Positions 38,372 through 48,893 of a stretch of DNA of 64,000 nucleotides are shown here, in pieces. This DNA comes from a virus. The notes under the pieces are model-generated. The model was not told the origin of the DNA and did no database searches. It saw nothing but the letters and a program-made list of their open reading frames with translations. Location of the stretch: the IMG/VR virus record IMGVR_UViG_3300023179_000020; one strand, 5' to 3'. Made by a program: the position numbers and the translations under genes. The number at the start of each line of letters is the position of its first letter. Positions within the stretch are counted from its first letter, which is position 1.

Positions 38372-39415
38372 ATGGACAAAAAAGAACTGTTTAACCTATT
38401 AAACAGTATTGAACCAGGCAATGAACCTAAAAAAGCAACATTTAATAAACATGATAGAGTTCTTATCATTGATGGTTTAAATTTGTTTTTAAGAAACTTT
38501 GCTGTTATAAACCATGTTAACAAAGATGGAGTACACGTTGGTGGTTTAGGAGGATTCTTACGTTCGTTAAGTTTTCTTATAAACCACAACACTCCAACTT
38601 CTGTGTACATTGTATTTGATGGAGTTGGTTCTACTATAAACAGGAAGAACCTTCTCCCCGAATACAAATCTGGTCGTAATCTTTCTAGGGTTAATCGAAG
38701 TACTACGTTTGATAATTTAGAAGAAGAAAATGAATCTAAAATTAATCAAATTTCAAGACTAATACATTATTTAAGGTGTTTACCCATTAAACTTATTGTA
38801 CTCGATAAAATTGAGGCAGACGACATTATAGCTTATTTATCCCACTATTTAACCACTAATCACAACAGTAAATGCACTATAGTGTCTGCGGATAAGGACT
38901 TTTTACAACTAGTAAATGATAATATTACTGTTTACAGTCCTATGATTAAAGAACACTTTACTCCAAAATTAATAAAAGAAAAATTTGGCCTTCCTGCTAA
39001 AAATTTTATATTGTATAAGACACTTATGGGAGACAATTCAGATAAAGTACCAGGATTAAAAGGTTTAGGCCCTAAAAAGCTATTTAAATTTTTCCCTGAA
39101 TTGCAAAACAATGAAATGTCATTAGAGGATTTGTATAACATTTGTGAGACTAAGTATAAAGAAAACATAATATACTCTAGACTAATATATGATTATGAAA
39201 CGTTACAAAAACATTATAAATTAATGGATTTGAGTAACCCATTAGTAGACGAAAGTGAGAAAAAAATTATAGAAGAATCAACATCTGTTTCACCAAACAA
39301 ATTAAAAACCTCAGAATTTTTAAAAATGTATAATGAAGACGGATTAGGACACACTATAAAAAATATAGAATTTTGGATTAGAGACACATTTACAACATTA
39401 AGTAGTTTTAAATAA
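38372..39415 (+). CDS. 5'-3' flap exonuclease/RNase H (T4 rnh-like)
   Basis: IIDGLN, VFDG, YKSGR, EADD, SADKDFLQL, GDNSDKVPGLKGLGPK. Confidence 0.9.
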   Translation: MDKKELFNLLNSIEPGNEPKKATFNKHDRVLIIDGLNLFLRNFAVINHVNKDGVHVGGLGGFLRSLSFLINHNTPTSVYIVFDGVGSTINRKNLLPEYKSGRNLSRVNRSTTFDNLEEENESKINQISRLIHYLRCLPIKLIVLDKIEADDIIAYLSHYLTTNHNSKCTIVSADKDFLQLVNDNITVYSPMIKEHFTPKLIKEKFGLPAKNFILYKTLMGDNSDKVPGLKGLGPKKLFKFFPELQNNEMSLEDLYNICETKYKENIIYSRLIYDYETLQKHYKLMDLSNPLVDESEKKIIEESTSVSPNKLKTSEFLKMYNEDGLGHTIKNIEFWIRDTFTTLSSFK

Positions 39416-39426
39416 ATAAAAGGTAT

Positions 39427-40794
39427 ATGGCAGCATTAAGTACCCTGTCCCAATATGGAACACACTTCCAGATTAAAGTATTGTCTTCTTTATTAACACA
39501 TAAAGAATTTTTAACTAACATACACGACATATTAAGTGAAGAATACTTCGACAACAGTGCACATCGCTGGATTATTAAAGAAATTCTTAACTATTATGAC
39601 AAGTACCACACTTGTCCTAGCATGGAAGTGTTAAAAGTAGAAGTTAAAAAACTAGAAAACGAAGTATTACAAATTTCAGTTAAAGAACAACTTAAAGAAG
39701 CATATAAAGCATCAGACGATGATTTAGCATATGTAGAAGAAGAATTCTCTAATTTTTGTAAAAACCAACAGCTTAAAAAAGCATTACTCACATCTGTAGA
39801 CTTGTTAAAAGCAGGTGACTATGATTCGATTAGAGGATTAGTTGACAATGCTTTAAAAGCAGGCGGTGATAAAAACATAGGTTTAGAATACGATAAAGAC
39901 ATTGAAACCAGATACAGAGAAGAACATAGAATTACTATACCTACACCTTGGGCATTGTTTAACAACATAATGCAAGGTGGTTTAGGAAATGGAGACTTTG
40001 GACTAATATTTGGTAATCCAGGTGGTGGTAAATCATGGACATTAATTGCTTTAGGAGGCACAGCGGTTCAGATGGGTTTTAATGTTATTCATTATACTCT
40101 TGAATTAGGAGAAGATTATGTTGGTAGACGATATGATGCTTTTTTTACTGGTGTACCTGTAAATGAAATTATGAAATTCAAACCTAGAGTAGAAGACACT
40201 ATTACTCAATTGTCAGGTAAATTAGTTGTTAAAGAATACTCACCTGGTAAAGCATCTATTTCAACACTAGAAGCACACGTTCAAAAATGTATAGATCAAG
40301 GCTTTAAACCAGATTTGATCATTATTGACTACGTAGATCTTCTTCGTTCTAAAAAAACAAATCGTGAAAGGAAAGACGAAATAGATGATATTTATGTAAG
40401 CACAAAAGGATTGGCTCGTGAATTAAAAATTCCAATTTGGAGTGTTTCACAGGTTAATCGTGCTGGAGCAAAAGATGACATAATTGAGGGTGACAAAGCC
40501 GCAGGTAGCTATGACAAAATCATGATTACAGATGTGGCTATTTCTCTCTCACGTAAAAAAGAAGATAAAGTGAAAGGAACAGGACGTTTTCATATAATGA
40601 AAAATAGATACGGCATAGATGGTTTAACATTTGGAGCTAAAATTGACACATCTACAGGTCATATGGAAATTTTTGACAATTATGATGACGACCCAGACCA
40701 ATATACTCCTTCAAAACCAGTCAATAGTTTTAGTGATGTTACCTCTTTAGACAGAGATCTTCTTCAACAAAAGTTTTTTGAATTAAACAAATAA
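39427..40794 (+). CDS. Replicative DnaB-type helicase (gp41-like)
   Basis: GNPGGGKS, YTLEL, IIIDYVDLL, SQVNR, KNRYG. Confidence 0.9.
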   Translation: MAALSTLSQYGTHFQIKVLSSLLTHKEFLTNIHDILSEEYFDNSAHRWIIKEILNYYDKYHTCPSMEVLKVEVKKLENEVLQISVKEQLKEAYKASDDDLAYVEEEFSNFCKNQQLKKALLTSVDLLKAGDYDSIRGLVDNALKAGGDKNIGLEYDKDIETRYREEHRITIPTPWALFNNIMQGGLGNGDFGLIFGNPGGGKSWTLIALGGTAVQMGFNVIHYTLELGEDYVGRRYDAFFTGVPVNEIMKFKPRVEDTITQLSGKLVVKEYSPGKASISTLEAHVQKCIDQGFKPDLIIIDYVDLLRSKKTNRERKDEIDDIYVSTKGLARELKIPIWSVSQVNRAGAKDDIIEGDKAAGSYDKIMITDVAISLSRKKEDKVKGTGRFHIMKNRYGIDGLTFGAKIDTSTGHMEIFDNYDDDPDQYTPSKPVNSFSDVTSLDRDLLQQKFFELNK

Positions 40795-40797
40795 TTT

Positions 40798-41346
40798 ATG
40801 AGAGCGTTAAATGTAATAGCTTTAGAAATATATCAACAACTAAATATTAAGTACTCTAATTTAACAGAGCGTAGAGAAGCTACTAAACAATACATTTTAA
40901 ATGAAATTACTCAATGGGAAATAAAAACCTTAGAACAAGAAAATAACTATTTTTTTAAACCTAAAGAATTTATAGGAGATAAAAATAGTCCACCATTTGA
41001 GGTTAGATTATTAAAAAGTAAAGCAGTAGAAGGATACCATGAATTGAAATTTGGAAATCTTAACGCTGAAACAGATGAAGAAAAATTTAAATGGGATGAC
41101 AAAGATCCTTATAAATTACAAAAGGCTTTATTTTTACGAAATGTATTAGATAAAAAAATTAAATCTTTATTTGAAACCGGAGAAATTAAAGGTATTATGT
41201 TTCAACCATATAATGGAGACGGGTTAGCAGATGATAGGTATAGTTATTTTTATAACATGTATTCTAAATTAGGAAAAGATAAATATGATTTAGATAAAGG
41301 TGAATTTGAAGCAGAAGGTACATATTTTATAACCCCGAAAATTTAA
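40798..41346 (+). CDS. Hypothetical protein (ILNE site; possible head-packaged protein)
   Basis: ORF inserted between the helicase and nrdB genes. Confidence 0.6.
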   Translation: MRALNVIALEIYQQLNIKYSNLTERREATKQYILNEITQWEIKTLEQENNYFFKPKEFIGDKNSPPFEVRLLKSKAVEGYHELKFGNLNAETDEEKFKWDDKDPYKLQKALFLRNVLDKKIKSLFETGEIKGIMFQPYNGDGLADDRYSYFYNMYSKLGKDKYDLDKGEFEAEGTYFITPKI

Positions 41347-41354
41347 AAAATAAC

Positions 41355-42305
41355 ATGATTACTGACATAAGGAATTACTACAAACCATTCGAATACCAAA
41401 CTGCATTTGATTTTTATAAAGACCAACATAGAGCACATTGGTTAGCAGATGAAGTTCCACTCGCATCAGATTTGAACGATTGGAAATTAAAATTAACAGA
41501 ACCCGAAAAGAATTTAATTGGAAACATATTAAAGTCATTTGCTCAAACAGAAGTCCATGTTAACGATTATTGGTCAACAAAAGTATCAATTTGGTTTCCG
41601 AAACCCGAAATCCAAGCTATGGCTCGTGTATTTGCTGATTTTGAAAGCATCCACGCTGAGGCTTATGCTCGATTAAATGAAGAATTAGGCTTAGACAATT
41701 TTAAAGCATTTTTAGAAGACGAAGCATCTAAAGCTAAAATTGAACGCTTGATTGAAACACCAGGCGAAACAATAGAAGATAAAGCAGTATCATTAGCCAT
41801 ATTCTCAGCATTTACTGAAGGTGTAAATTTATTTTCTTCATTTGCTGTATTAATGAGTTTCCAACTAAGAAACTTAATGAAAGGTACTGGTCAAGTAGTA
41901 GAGTGGAGTGTTAGAGATGAATCATTACATTCAAAAGCAGGTTGCTGGTTATTCAGAACACTACTTGAAGAACAACCAGAACTAAACACTGACGAATTAA
42001 GAGAAAAAATTATCGAAGCATGTCACCTATCAGTACAATTAGAATTTGATTTTATTGATAAAGCATTTGAAATGGGTGATATTGAAGGTTTAAATAAAGA
42101 ACAACTTAAAAACTTTATTAAAGCCCGTGCCAATGAGAAAATGATTGAATTAGGTTACAAAGCAATTTATAATGACATTGACCCTAACCTTTTAAAACAA
42201 ATTGAATGGTTTGGACATTTAACATCAGGTAAAACACAACAGGATTTCTTTGCTGGAAGAGTGACTGCGTATGCTAAGTCTACAGCAGATTGGGATGATT
42301 TATAA
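41355..42305 (+). CDS. nrdB: Class Ia ribonucleotide reductase beta subunit
   Basis: W.ADEVP..D, ESIHAEAY, EGV.LFSSF, RDESLH, DFF. Confidence 0.92.
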   Translation: MITDIRNYYKPFEYQTAFDFYKDQHRAHWLADEVPLASDLNDWKLKLTEPEKNLIGNILKSFAQTEVHVNDYWSTKVSIWFPKPEIQAMARVFADFESIHAEAYARLNEELGLDNFKAFLEDEASKAKIERLIETPGETIEDKAVSLAIFSAFTEGVNLFSSFAVLMSFQLRNLMKGTGQVVEWSVRDESLHSKAGCWLFRTLLEEQPELNTDELREKIIEACHLSVQLEFDFIDKAFEMGDIEGLNKEQLKNFIKARANEKMIELGYKAIYNDIDPNLLKQIEWFGHLTSGKTQQDFFAGRVTAYAKSTADWDDL

Positions 42306-42314
42306 TATTAAAAA

Positions 42315-44039
42315 ATGAGTATACAAGTAGATACAACAAATTGGATTAAGGGTAAAAATTACCCTGTATGGTTTGATGAAATAGGATTAAGTATGATTTC
42401 AAAAGGTTATTTATTACCTGATGAAGACGTATTTGATGCTTATAAAAGAGTAAGCAAGTTTGCTGCTCGTCGCTTACGCCGTAAGGATTTACAACCATTC
42501 TTTTATGAGGCAATGGTTAAAAACTGGTTATGCTTAGCATCACCCGTACTATCAAACATGGGCACTGAACGTGGAATGCCAATTTCATGTTTTGGTATTG
42601 ACGTAGGTGACAGTATTGAAGGCATTGCTGATGCTAATTCAGAACTAATGAGACTATCATCTCAAGGTGGAGGTGTTGGTATTGGTGTGTCTCGTATTAG
42701 GGGACGTGGTAAAGCCATTAAAGACAATGGAGTATCAGAAGGTGTTGTTCCATGGTGTAAAATTTATGATTCTACAATTCTGGCAACCAATCAAGGCTCA
42801 GTTCGTAGAGGAGCGGCATCTGTTAACCTAAACATTAACCACCCAGACATTGAAGAGTTTTTACAGATTCGTAGACCAAAAGGTGATGTTAACAGACAGT
42901 GTTTAAATCTTCATCAGTGTGTTGTTATTGATGATGAATTTATGAATAAAGTTGAAAATAAAGACCCCAAATCATTAAAAATTTGGGGTGAAATTTTAAA
43001 AACACGTCTTGAAACAGGTGAACCTTACATTATGTTTGAGGATAATATAAACAATGCTAATCCTGAAGCGTATAAGAAAAACAATCTAAAAGTTTCAATG
43101 AGTAATATTTGTACTGAAATTGCTCTTTATACAGACGAATTACACTCATTTATTTGTTGTTTATCATCATTAAACTTAGCAAGATGGGAAGAATGGAAAG
43201 ATTATAAATTTGAAAATGAAATGACTTTACCTGAACTATCATGTTGGTTTTTAGAAGGTGTATTACAAGAATTTATTGATAGAGCTAAAAACATTAAATT
43301 CATGGAAAACACAGTTCGATCCGCTACTAAAGGCAGAGCAATTGGAATTGGTGTTTTGGGTTGGCATACATTTTTACAACAAAAAGGATTACCATTTGTA
43401 GGCATTCAAGCAAATTCTTACACAAGAATAATGTTTGAATTTATTGAACAAGAAGCATTAAAAGCATCTCGTGCTCAAGCTGAATTGTATGGGGAACCAG
43501 AATGGTGTAAAGGTACAGGTTTAAGACACACCCATCATTTAGCACCTGCACCTACAGTGTCAAATGCTCACATTTCAGGAGGTGTATCACCTTCAATCGA
43601 ACCTATTCCTGCTAATGTTTATAACCTTAAAACAGCAAAAGGCGTATTTATTAAGCGTAATAAAATTCTAGAAGAATTGCTTACCAAAAAAGGATACAAC
43701 ATTGATAGTGTTTGGGACCAAATTCTAAAAGACCAAGGTTCAGTTTTAGGATTACCTGATTACATTTTAACAAATGAAGAAAAAGAAATATTTTTAACTT
43801 TTAAAGAAATTAATCAGTTAGAAATTGTTAAACAAAATGGCATTAGACAAAAATACGTTGACCAAGCAATTTCATTAAACTTAACATTTGACCCAAATGA
43901 CTCACCAAAATGGATTAGTCAGGTACATAAAGAAGCACATAAACAAGGAATTAAAACATTGTATTACTTACGCACTGAAAGTGTTTTAAGAGGAGACAAT
44001 TTACAACGTTTATCAGATTGTGTGAGTTGTGAGGGTTAA
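42315..44039 (+). CDS. nrdA: Class Ia ribonucleotide reductase alpha subunit (short, no ATP cone)
   Basis: PISCF, GGGVG, QGSVRRGA, SNICTEI, APTVS, KTLYYLR, C-terminal CVSCEG. Confidence 0.92.
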   Translation: MSIQVDTTNWIKGKNYPVWFDEIGLSMISKGYLLPDEDVFDAYKRVSKFAARRLRRKDLQPFFYEAMVKNWLCLASPVLSNMGTERGMPISCFGIDVGDSIEGIADANSELMRLSSQGGGVGIGVSRIRGRGKAIKDNGVSEGVVPWCKIYDSTILATNQGSVRRGAASVNLNINHPDIEEFLQIRRPKGDVNRQCLNLHQCVVIDDEFMNKVENKDPKSLKIWGEILKTRLETGEPYIMFEDNINNANPEAYKKNNLKVSMSNICTEIALYTDELHSFICCLSSLNLARWEEWKDYKFENEMTLPELSCWFLEGVLQEFIDRAKNIKFMENTVRSATKGRAIGIGVLGWHTFLQQKGLPFVGIQANSYTRIMFEFIEQEALKASRAQAELYGEPEWCKGTGLRHTHHLAPAPTVSNAHISGGVSPSIEPIPANVYNLKTAKGVFIKRNKILEELLTKKGYNIDSVWDQILKDQGSVLGLPDYILTNEEKEIFLTFKEINQLEIVKQNGIRQKYVDQAISLNLTFDPNDSPKWISQVHKEAHKQGIKTLYYLRTESVLRGDNLQRLSDCVSCEG

Positions 44040-44060
44040 AAATATTTATTACAAAACAGC

Positions 44061-44948
44061 ATGAAGAGATCTCAATTAAAACAAATCATTAAAGAAGAAA
44101 TACGAAACGTATTAAATGAACGACAAGTGTTTTACTCTGATGATTCTAAAATAGACCCAAGATTTATTAAGCAAACTACATATGGAGAACCTACTGGAAA
44201 TATTTTATTCAAAATAAACACCATTCCTTCAGAATTAACTCCAACCCAAAATCAACAAATCCAAAAAGAAATTTTTATAAAACATTTTGGAAAAATGGAT
44301 CCAATGTATTCTAAATTGTTTTTTACTAATAAAGACAAATGGTCGTCTACTTTTCCTTCATCTAAAAATTATAATTTTAAATATTTAATTAATTTCAATA
44401 AAGATGGAAGCATAACTATTGGAGAATTAAAATCAACTCCAATTAATCAACCTCAATCTAATAACCCGGATACAGTTGTTTTACCTTTTAACATATATTA
44501 TGTTCAAAGTGATAGTCAATTAAGAAATATAGGGTTAGATGAAGGTGTAAAAACCGAACCTGAATTGATGTGGGTATTGTGGAATGAATATCAAAATATG
44601 CAGGGTTTTGAAAGAACAACCAAAAGTGGAGGAGATAAATACACTAATAAAATGCAAGATATAGGTGTTAATATGGACTTTGATGCAGATGCAGATAAAA
44701 TGTTTTATGGGGAAACAATGCGTAATATATTAAATAATGTAGAAGTATATGTTTCTGAAGGATCAATGGGTAAAAAAGAAAGTGAAGATAAAGACCCATA
44801 CACTAATTTTATTTATGGAATATATTATGGTGAAGAAGGAGAAGATTTTAAATACTCAAAACAAGAAGCAGACAAATATCAGTACATGTTAACTGATGAT
44901 GATAGTTTTAAAGACTTTGTAGAAACAATAAAGACTGCTTTATTATAA
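44061..44948 (+). CDS. Hypothetical protein with capsid-targeting-like leader
   Basis: MKRSQLKQIIKEEIRNVLNE; late-like TATTTATT at 44043. Confidence 0.65.
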   Translation: MKRSQLKQIIKEEIRNVLNERQVFYSDDSKIDPRFIKQTTYGEPTGNILFKINTIPSELTPTQNQQIQKEIFIKHFGKMDPMYSKLFFTNKDKWSSTFPSSKNYNFKYLINFNKDGSITIGELKSTPINQPQSNNPDTVVLPFNIYYVQSDSQLRNIGLDEGVKTEPELMWVLWNEYQNMQGFERTTKSGGDKYTNKMQDIGVNMDFDADADKMFYGETMRNILNNVEVYVSEGSMGKKESEDKDPYTNFIYGIYYGEEGEDFKYSKQEADKYQYMLTDDDSFKDFVETIKTALL

Positions 44949-44950
44949 TA

Positions 44951-45931
44951 ATGAAACAAAGAATATTCCCATTCTTAATAGCATTGTCAGCACTTGCCGT
45001 TAGCGGCAGTGCTGCTTTCTATTCTATAACAGGTTTATCCAAATTATTTGCTGGAGCAAGTACCGAAGTGATTATTATGGCTTCTAGTTTAGAGGCCGCC
45101 AAATTAGTAATGGCTTCTTTACTCTACCAATATTGGGATAAATTAAACAAATTATTAAGAACATATTTAACAATTGCTTTAATAATACTAATAGGTATTA
45201 CTTCTGCTGGTATTTATGGATTCTTAAGCGGAGCATACCAAGACACTGCCAACAAAGCATCAGTTGTAGATAAAGAAACCCAAGTGTATAAAGTTAAAAA
45301 GGAACGTTTTGAACAAACCAAAGCTGACTATACAACTGAAAAACAAAGACTAGACAACGATATTAGTCAATTACGAAATGCTTTAGCAACAGGTAGTACT
45401 ACTCAATCTGTAGACCAAAAAACAGGTCAATTAGTTACTAAAGCAAACAATGCTAATAGAAAAACATTTGAAGCACAACTAAACAGTGCTTTACAAAACA
45501 AAGAAACAATTGATACTAAAATTGTAGCGGCAAATGACAGTATAACTGCTTTAGACATGAAAATACTAGAAATTGAATCTAAAGCTGAATTAGCCGGAGA
45601 ATTGGGACCACTCAAATACTTAAGTAAACTTACAGGTAAACCTATGGACCAAATTATAAACTGGTTTTTACTTGTAATCATATTTGTATTTGATCCTTTA
45701 GCTATTAGTTTAGTAATAGCAGCAAATTTTGCTTTTAACAGACTAAAACCAACACCTAAAGACGAACCAGTTAAAGACGAACCAGTTAAAGAATATCAAA
45801 TTTACCAACAACCAGAACCTGAACCGCAACCCGTCCCTCAGGAACCATACGTGTTTCCTTCCGCCCCGTTGATTCAAAAAATTCAACAGGAAAAAAAAGA
45901 TGATGACGATACTATAATAAAGTATACTTAA
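44951..45931 (+). CDS. Multi-pass membrane protein with long coiled coil
   Basis: Three N-terminal TM helices, a coiled coil, and a C-terminal TM segment IIFVFDPLA. Confidence 0.75.
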   Translation: MKQRIFPFLIALSALAVSGSAAFYSITGLSKLFAGASTEVIIMASSLEAAKLVMASLLYQYWDKLNKLLRTYLTIALIILIGITSAGIYGFLSGAYQDTANKASVVDKETQVYKVKKERFEQTKADYTTEKQRLDNDISQLRNALATGSTTQSVDQKTGQLVTKANNANRKTFEAQLNSALQNKETIDTKIVAANDSITALDMKILEIESKAELAGELGPLKYLSKLTGKPMDQIINWFLLVIIFVFDPLAISLVIAANFAFNRLKPTPKDEPVKDEPVKEYQIYQQPEPEPQPVPQEPYVFPSAPLIQKIQQEKKDDDDTIIKYT

Positions 45932-45933
45932 AA

Positions 45934-45963
45934 CTTGGCTTTATAAAATTTTGTTATTATATT
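45934..45963 (+). promoter_or_regulatory. Promoter CTTG-N20-TATATT
   Basis: Conserved spacing. Confidence 0.65.
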
Positions 45964-45969
45964 TAGAGT

Positions 45970-46266
45970 ATGAAAGTAGGCTCATTTGTACAATGTATCA
46001 ATGATGTGTTCAACCCAGAACAATTAGACAAAATTCCGAATCGCCCTATACTAAACGAGTATTATACTATTAGGGAAATTATAGAATTTAATCCAAACCA
46101 TATAGGTATAATTTTAGAAGAAATACACAACTCTAAAATACCTAGCAAAAGATTTGGAACTATTGAACCTAGTTTCAATATTGAACGCTTTAGAGAAATA
46201 GAAGACATGCCCGACATACAAGCATTGTTAGACGAAATATTTACAGAAGAATTAATAGAAACATAA
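45970..46266 (+). CDS. Hypothetical protein
   Basis: ORF directly downstream of a promoter. Confidence 0.65.
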   Translation: MKVGSFVQCINDVFNPEQLDKIPNRPILNEYYTIREIIEFNPNHIGIILEEIHNSKIPSKRFGTIEPSFNIERFREIEDMPDIQALLDEIFTEELIET

Positions 46267-46784
46267 TGGTTACAGTTGAACAAGTTTTAAAAGAAGTAAA
46301 TCCAGTTTTTGGTATTAAAGCACCACCAAAACCTAAACCACTCAAGTTTAACATATTTTATTATCACAGACGTTATCCTACTCATAAATTTTTACCATCC
46401 AATTCAAGCATATGGGATAAATGTAAAAACGGTGATTTTGAATACTCACCTTATGCTCAATACATAAATTATGAGTATTATTGGATGGCTGAAGAAATTA
46501 CCGCTGTTCGCAACAGCAACAGCAACGATGATGTGAAGGAAGAAAAAGAACGAGACATAAGATTAAACTACAACAAACGTATCAAAAACCTTAGACAAGA
46601 CTTTGAACGAGACGAATTTGAACGTATCAAAAACCTTAAAAACAGTCTCCGTTCAATATTTGGTGGTACAATGGAAGAAGTAAACAATTTTATAGACAAT
46701 TTTGCTTGTGGTACAACAGATGAAGTGATTCGAAGTTACAGGGCTATACGAGCCAAATCACCAGAAAATAATCTTCCTTATTAA
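46266..46784 (+). CDS. Hypothetical protein
   Basis: ORF with TAATG overlap. Confidence 0.65.
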   Translation: MVTVEQVLKEVNPVFGIKAPPKPKPLKFNIFYYHRRYPTHKFLPSNSSIWDKCKNGDFEYSPYAQYINYEYYWMAEEITAVRNSNSNDDVKEEKERDIRLNYNKRIKNLRQDFERDEFERIKNLKNSLRSIFGGTMEEVNNFIDNFACGTTDEVIRSYRAIRAKSPENNLPY

Positions 46785-46790
46785 AATACA

Positions 46791-46820
46791 TTTGTCTTAT
46801 TAAAGTTTTATATTTATATT
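46791..46820 (+). promoter_or_regulatory. Promoter TTTG-N20-TATATT heading the 7-deazaguanine cluster
   Basis: Conserved spacing; overlaps a TATTTATA at 46811. Confidence 0.65.
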
Positions 46821-46829
46821 TAACACGTT

Positions 46830-47615
46830 ATGAAAGTATCTCACGAAGTTCCCTTATGTGCTTTAGAATGGTCAAAAGATTTTAATGACTATGATTATTG
46901 TTTGCCCCACTTATTAGACAAATACCCTCAATACGAGAAGTATTTTAGATGGGCTAAAGAAAACAATCGATACATTATAATGGATAATTCACTACATGAA
47001 TTAGGTCATGCTTATGATACTGATCGTTTAATGTACTGGATAAATGAATTACAACCAAACGAATTTATTGTCCCTGATGTGTGGGAAGACATGGAAGCAT
47101 CAATCAAAAATGCAGCTAAATGGGCTAACACTACACTCCCACATAATGTTCTTAAAGTAGCTGTAGTACAAGCCAAAGATATTGAAGAAGCACATATATG
47201 TTATTTTAAGTATAAATCATTAAGGTACAACAAAATAGCATTCTCATATGGTGCTTCTTATTATAAACAACTATTCCCTCACCCATCTCCAGACATTGCT
47301 ACAGCAATGGGACGAGTATATGTTGTAAGTAAATTATATAAAGAAGGTGTTATTAAAGAAACTGATAACATTCATTTATTAGGATGTGCTGTTCCACAAG
47401 AATTTATGTATTATAAAGACATGCCTTTTGTTACAACAATTGATACATCAAATCCTATAATGGCCGCTATTGAAAACATAAGATATAATGAGTGGGGTTT
47501 AGATAAAAAACCTAAAACCAAAATTGACGAAGTGATGGAAGCCGATTTAGAAAAACCACAATTAGCAAAAATAATTTTTAATACTAAACAATTTAGAATA
47601 ATAAATGGAATATAA
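46830..47615 (+). CDS. TGT-fold/DpdA-like 7-deazaguanine insertion protein
   Basis: IMDNS, IVPDV, AVVQ, IHLLG and IDTSNP motifs, spaced as in TGT/DpdA TIM barrels; first gene of the que cluster. Confidence 0.6.
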   Translation: MKVSHEVPLCALEWSKDFNDYDYCLPHLLDKYPQYEKYFRWAKENNRYIIMDNSLHELGHAYDTDRLMYWINELQPNEFIVPDVWEDMEASIKNAAKWANTTLPHNVLKVAVVQAKDIEEAHICYFKYKSLRYNKIAFSYGASYYKQLFPHPSPDIATAMGRVYVVSKLYKEGVIKETDNIHLLGCAVPQEFMYYKDMPFVTTIDTSNPIMAAIENIRYNEWGLDKKPKTKIDEVMEADLEKPQLAKIIFNTKQFRIINGI

Positions 47616-47820
47616 ATCACTTTATGATTACTTGGGCAGAGCTGCAGGTAGTCAACTAGGAAAACAAGTAGCTGAGGCTGCTGTTCGAGATAGAATAAAA
47701 ATTCAAACTCGACAAGTATCTAATCCAAAATACCAAGGAGAAATAATGCTATACCCTTCAGATTGGCTTACAAAATACTTTAATCCAAATAAATCATCAA
47801 AAGACAATTTACCATTTTAA
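47605..47820 (+). CDS. Hypothetical protein
   Basis: SLYDYLGRAAG..Y.GEIMLYP. Confidence 0.6.
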   Translation: MEYKSLYDYLGRAAGSQLGKQVAEAAVRDRIKIQTRQVSNPKYQGEIMLYPSDWLTKYFNPNKSSKDNLPF

Positions 47821-47830
47821 AAATAAAATT

Positions 47831-48718
47831 ATGAACAAAAAACAAGCAGTATTATCATTAAGTGGAGGAATGGATAGCTCCACATTGCTGCTTCATCTAC
47901 TTGCCAATGGCTATGAAGTAACAGCACTATCATTTGATTATGGACAAAAACATAATGTTGAATTAGAATGTGCTAAAGATTTAGTTAAATACATTAACAC
48001 CTATCCACTCCGTTTATTTCATCATGATCGAGCACCTGGTGGATTTGAAGAAATTTATCCATTAGTAAAACACCAAGTAATTAAACTTGACGGATTATCA
48101 CAATTACTTAATTCAGCATTGGTGCAAGGTGGAGAAGAAGTACCTGAAGGACACTATGCTGAAGAAAATATGAAAGCAACAGTAGTACCTAATCGTAATA
48201 AGATTTTTAGTTCAATTATTCAAGCAGTTGCATTATCAGTTGCTGAACAAAAGAACACAGAATGTGCCATTGCAATGGGTATTCATGCTGGTGACCATGC
48301 CATTTATCCTGATTGTAGACAAGAATTTAGGGATGCTGATTTTGAAGCATTCAAAATGGGAAATTGGGGAAGTGAAAAAGTATACCATTATACACCGTAT
48401 CTTGAAGGAGATAAATATAAAATATTATGTGATGGGGCTTATTGTTGTCAAGAATTAGGATTAAACTTTGACGAAGTGTATAAGCGTACTAACACCTCAT
48501 ACAAACCAATTCATTGGACTTGGCAAGATGTAAACGGTGAATTTAGAAGCAAATGGTATTCAGACTATAAGTCAGCATCATCTGTAGAACGTATTGAAGC
48601 ATTTATGAAACTAGGAAAACAAGATCCAGTTGAATATGCAGATGAAGAAGGCCCTACAACTTGGAAAGTAGTAACAAATCATGTACAACAAATATTAAAA
48701 AATCATGCCAACATCTAA
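47831..48718 (+). CDS. queC: 7-cyano-7-deazaguanine synthase (variant lacking Zn cysteines)
   Basis: SLSGGMDSST PP-loop, FDYGQKH, TVVPNRN, HAGDHAIYPDCR. Confidence 0.9.
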   Translation: MNKKQAVLSLSGGMDSSTLLLHLLANGYEVTALSFDYGQKHNVELECAKDLVKYINTYPLRLFHHDRAPGGFEEIYPLVKHQVIKLDGLSQLLNSALVQGGEEVPEGHYAEENMKATVVPNRNKIFSSIIQAVALSVAEQKNTECAIAMGIHAGDHAIYPDCRQEFRDADFEAFKMGNWGSEKVYHYTPYLEGDKYKILCDGAYCCQELGLNFDEVYKRTNTSYKPIHWTWQDVNGEFRSKWYSDYKSASSVERIEAFMKLGKQDPVEYADEEGPTTWKVVTNHVQQILKNHANI

Positions 48719-48893
48719 AAAACGAGGTGGAAAAAAAGCCCACAACAAACGAATTAAAAAACGTAATACTAATCTTAAAAACATGGAACGTGCATACGAG
48801 AAAGTATTTACTAAAGTCTTAGAAAAACAATTAGAAAACATAAACTTAGAAGAAAATGGAACATCCAGATCCGAAGAAACACCTTCAGCTTAG
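48705..48893 (+). CDS. Small basic protein
   Basis: K/R-rich ORF. Confidence 0.55.
   Translation: MPTSKKRGGKKAHNKRIKKRNTNLKNMERAYEKVFTKVLEKQLENINLEENGTSRSEETPSA

Noticed and set aside
45755-45792. 15-bp tandem repeat (KDEPV x2) in the membrane protein
   Set aside because: Ordinary slippage in a low-complexity Pro-rich tail.
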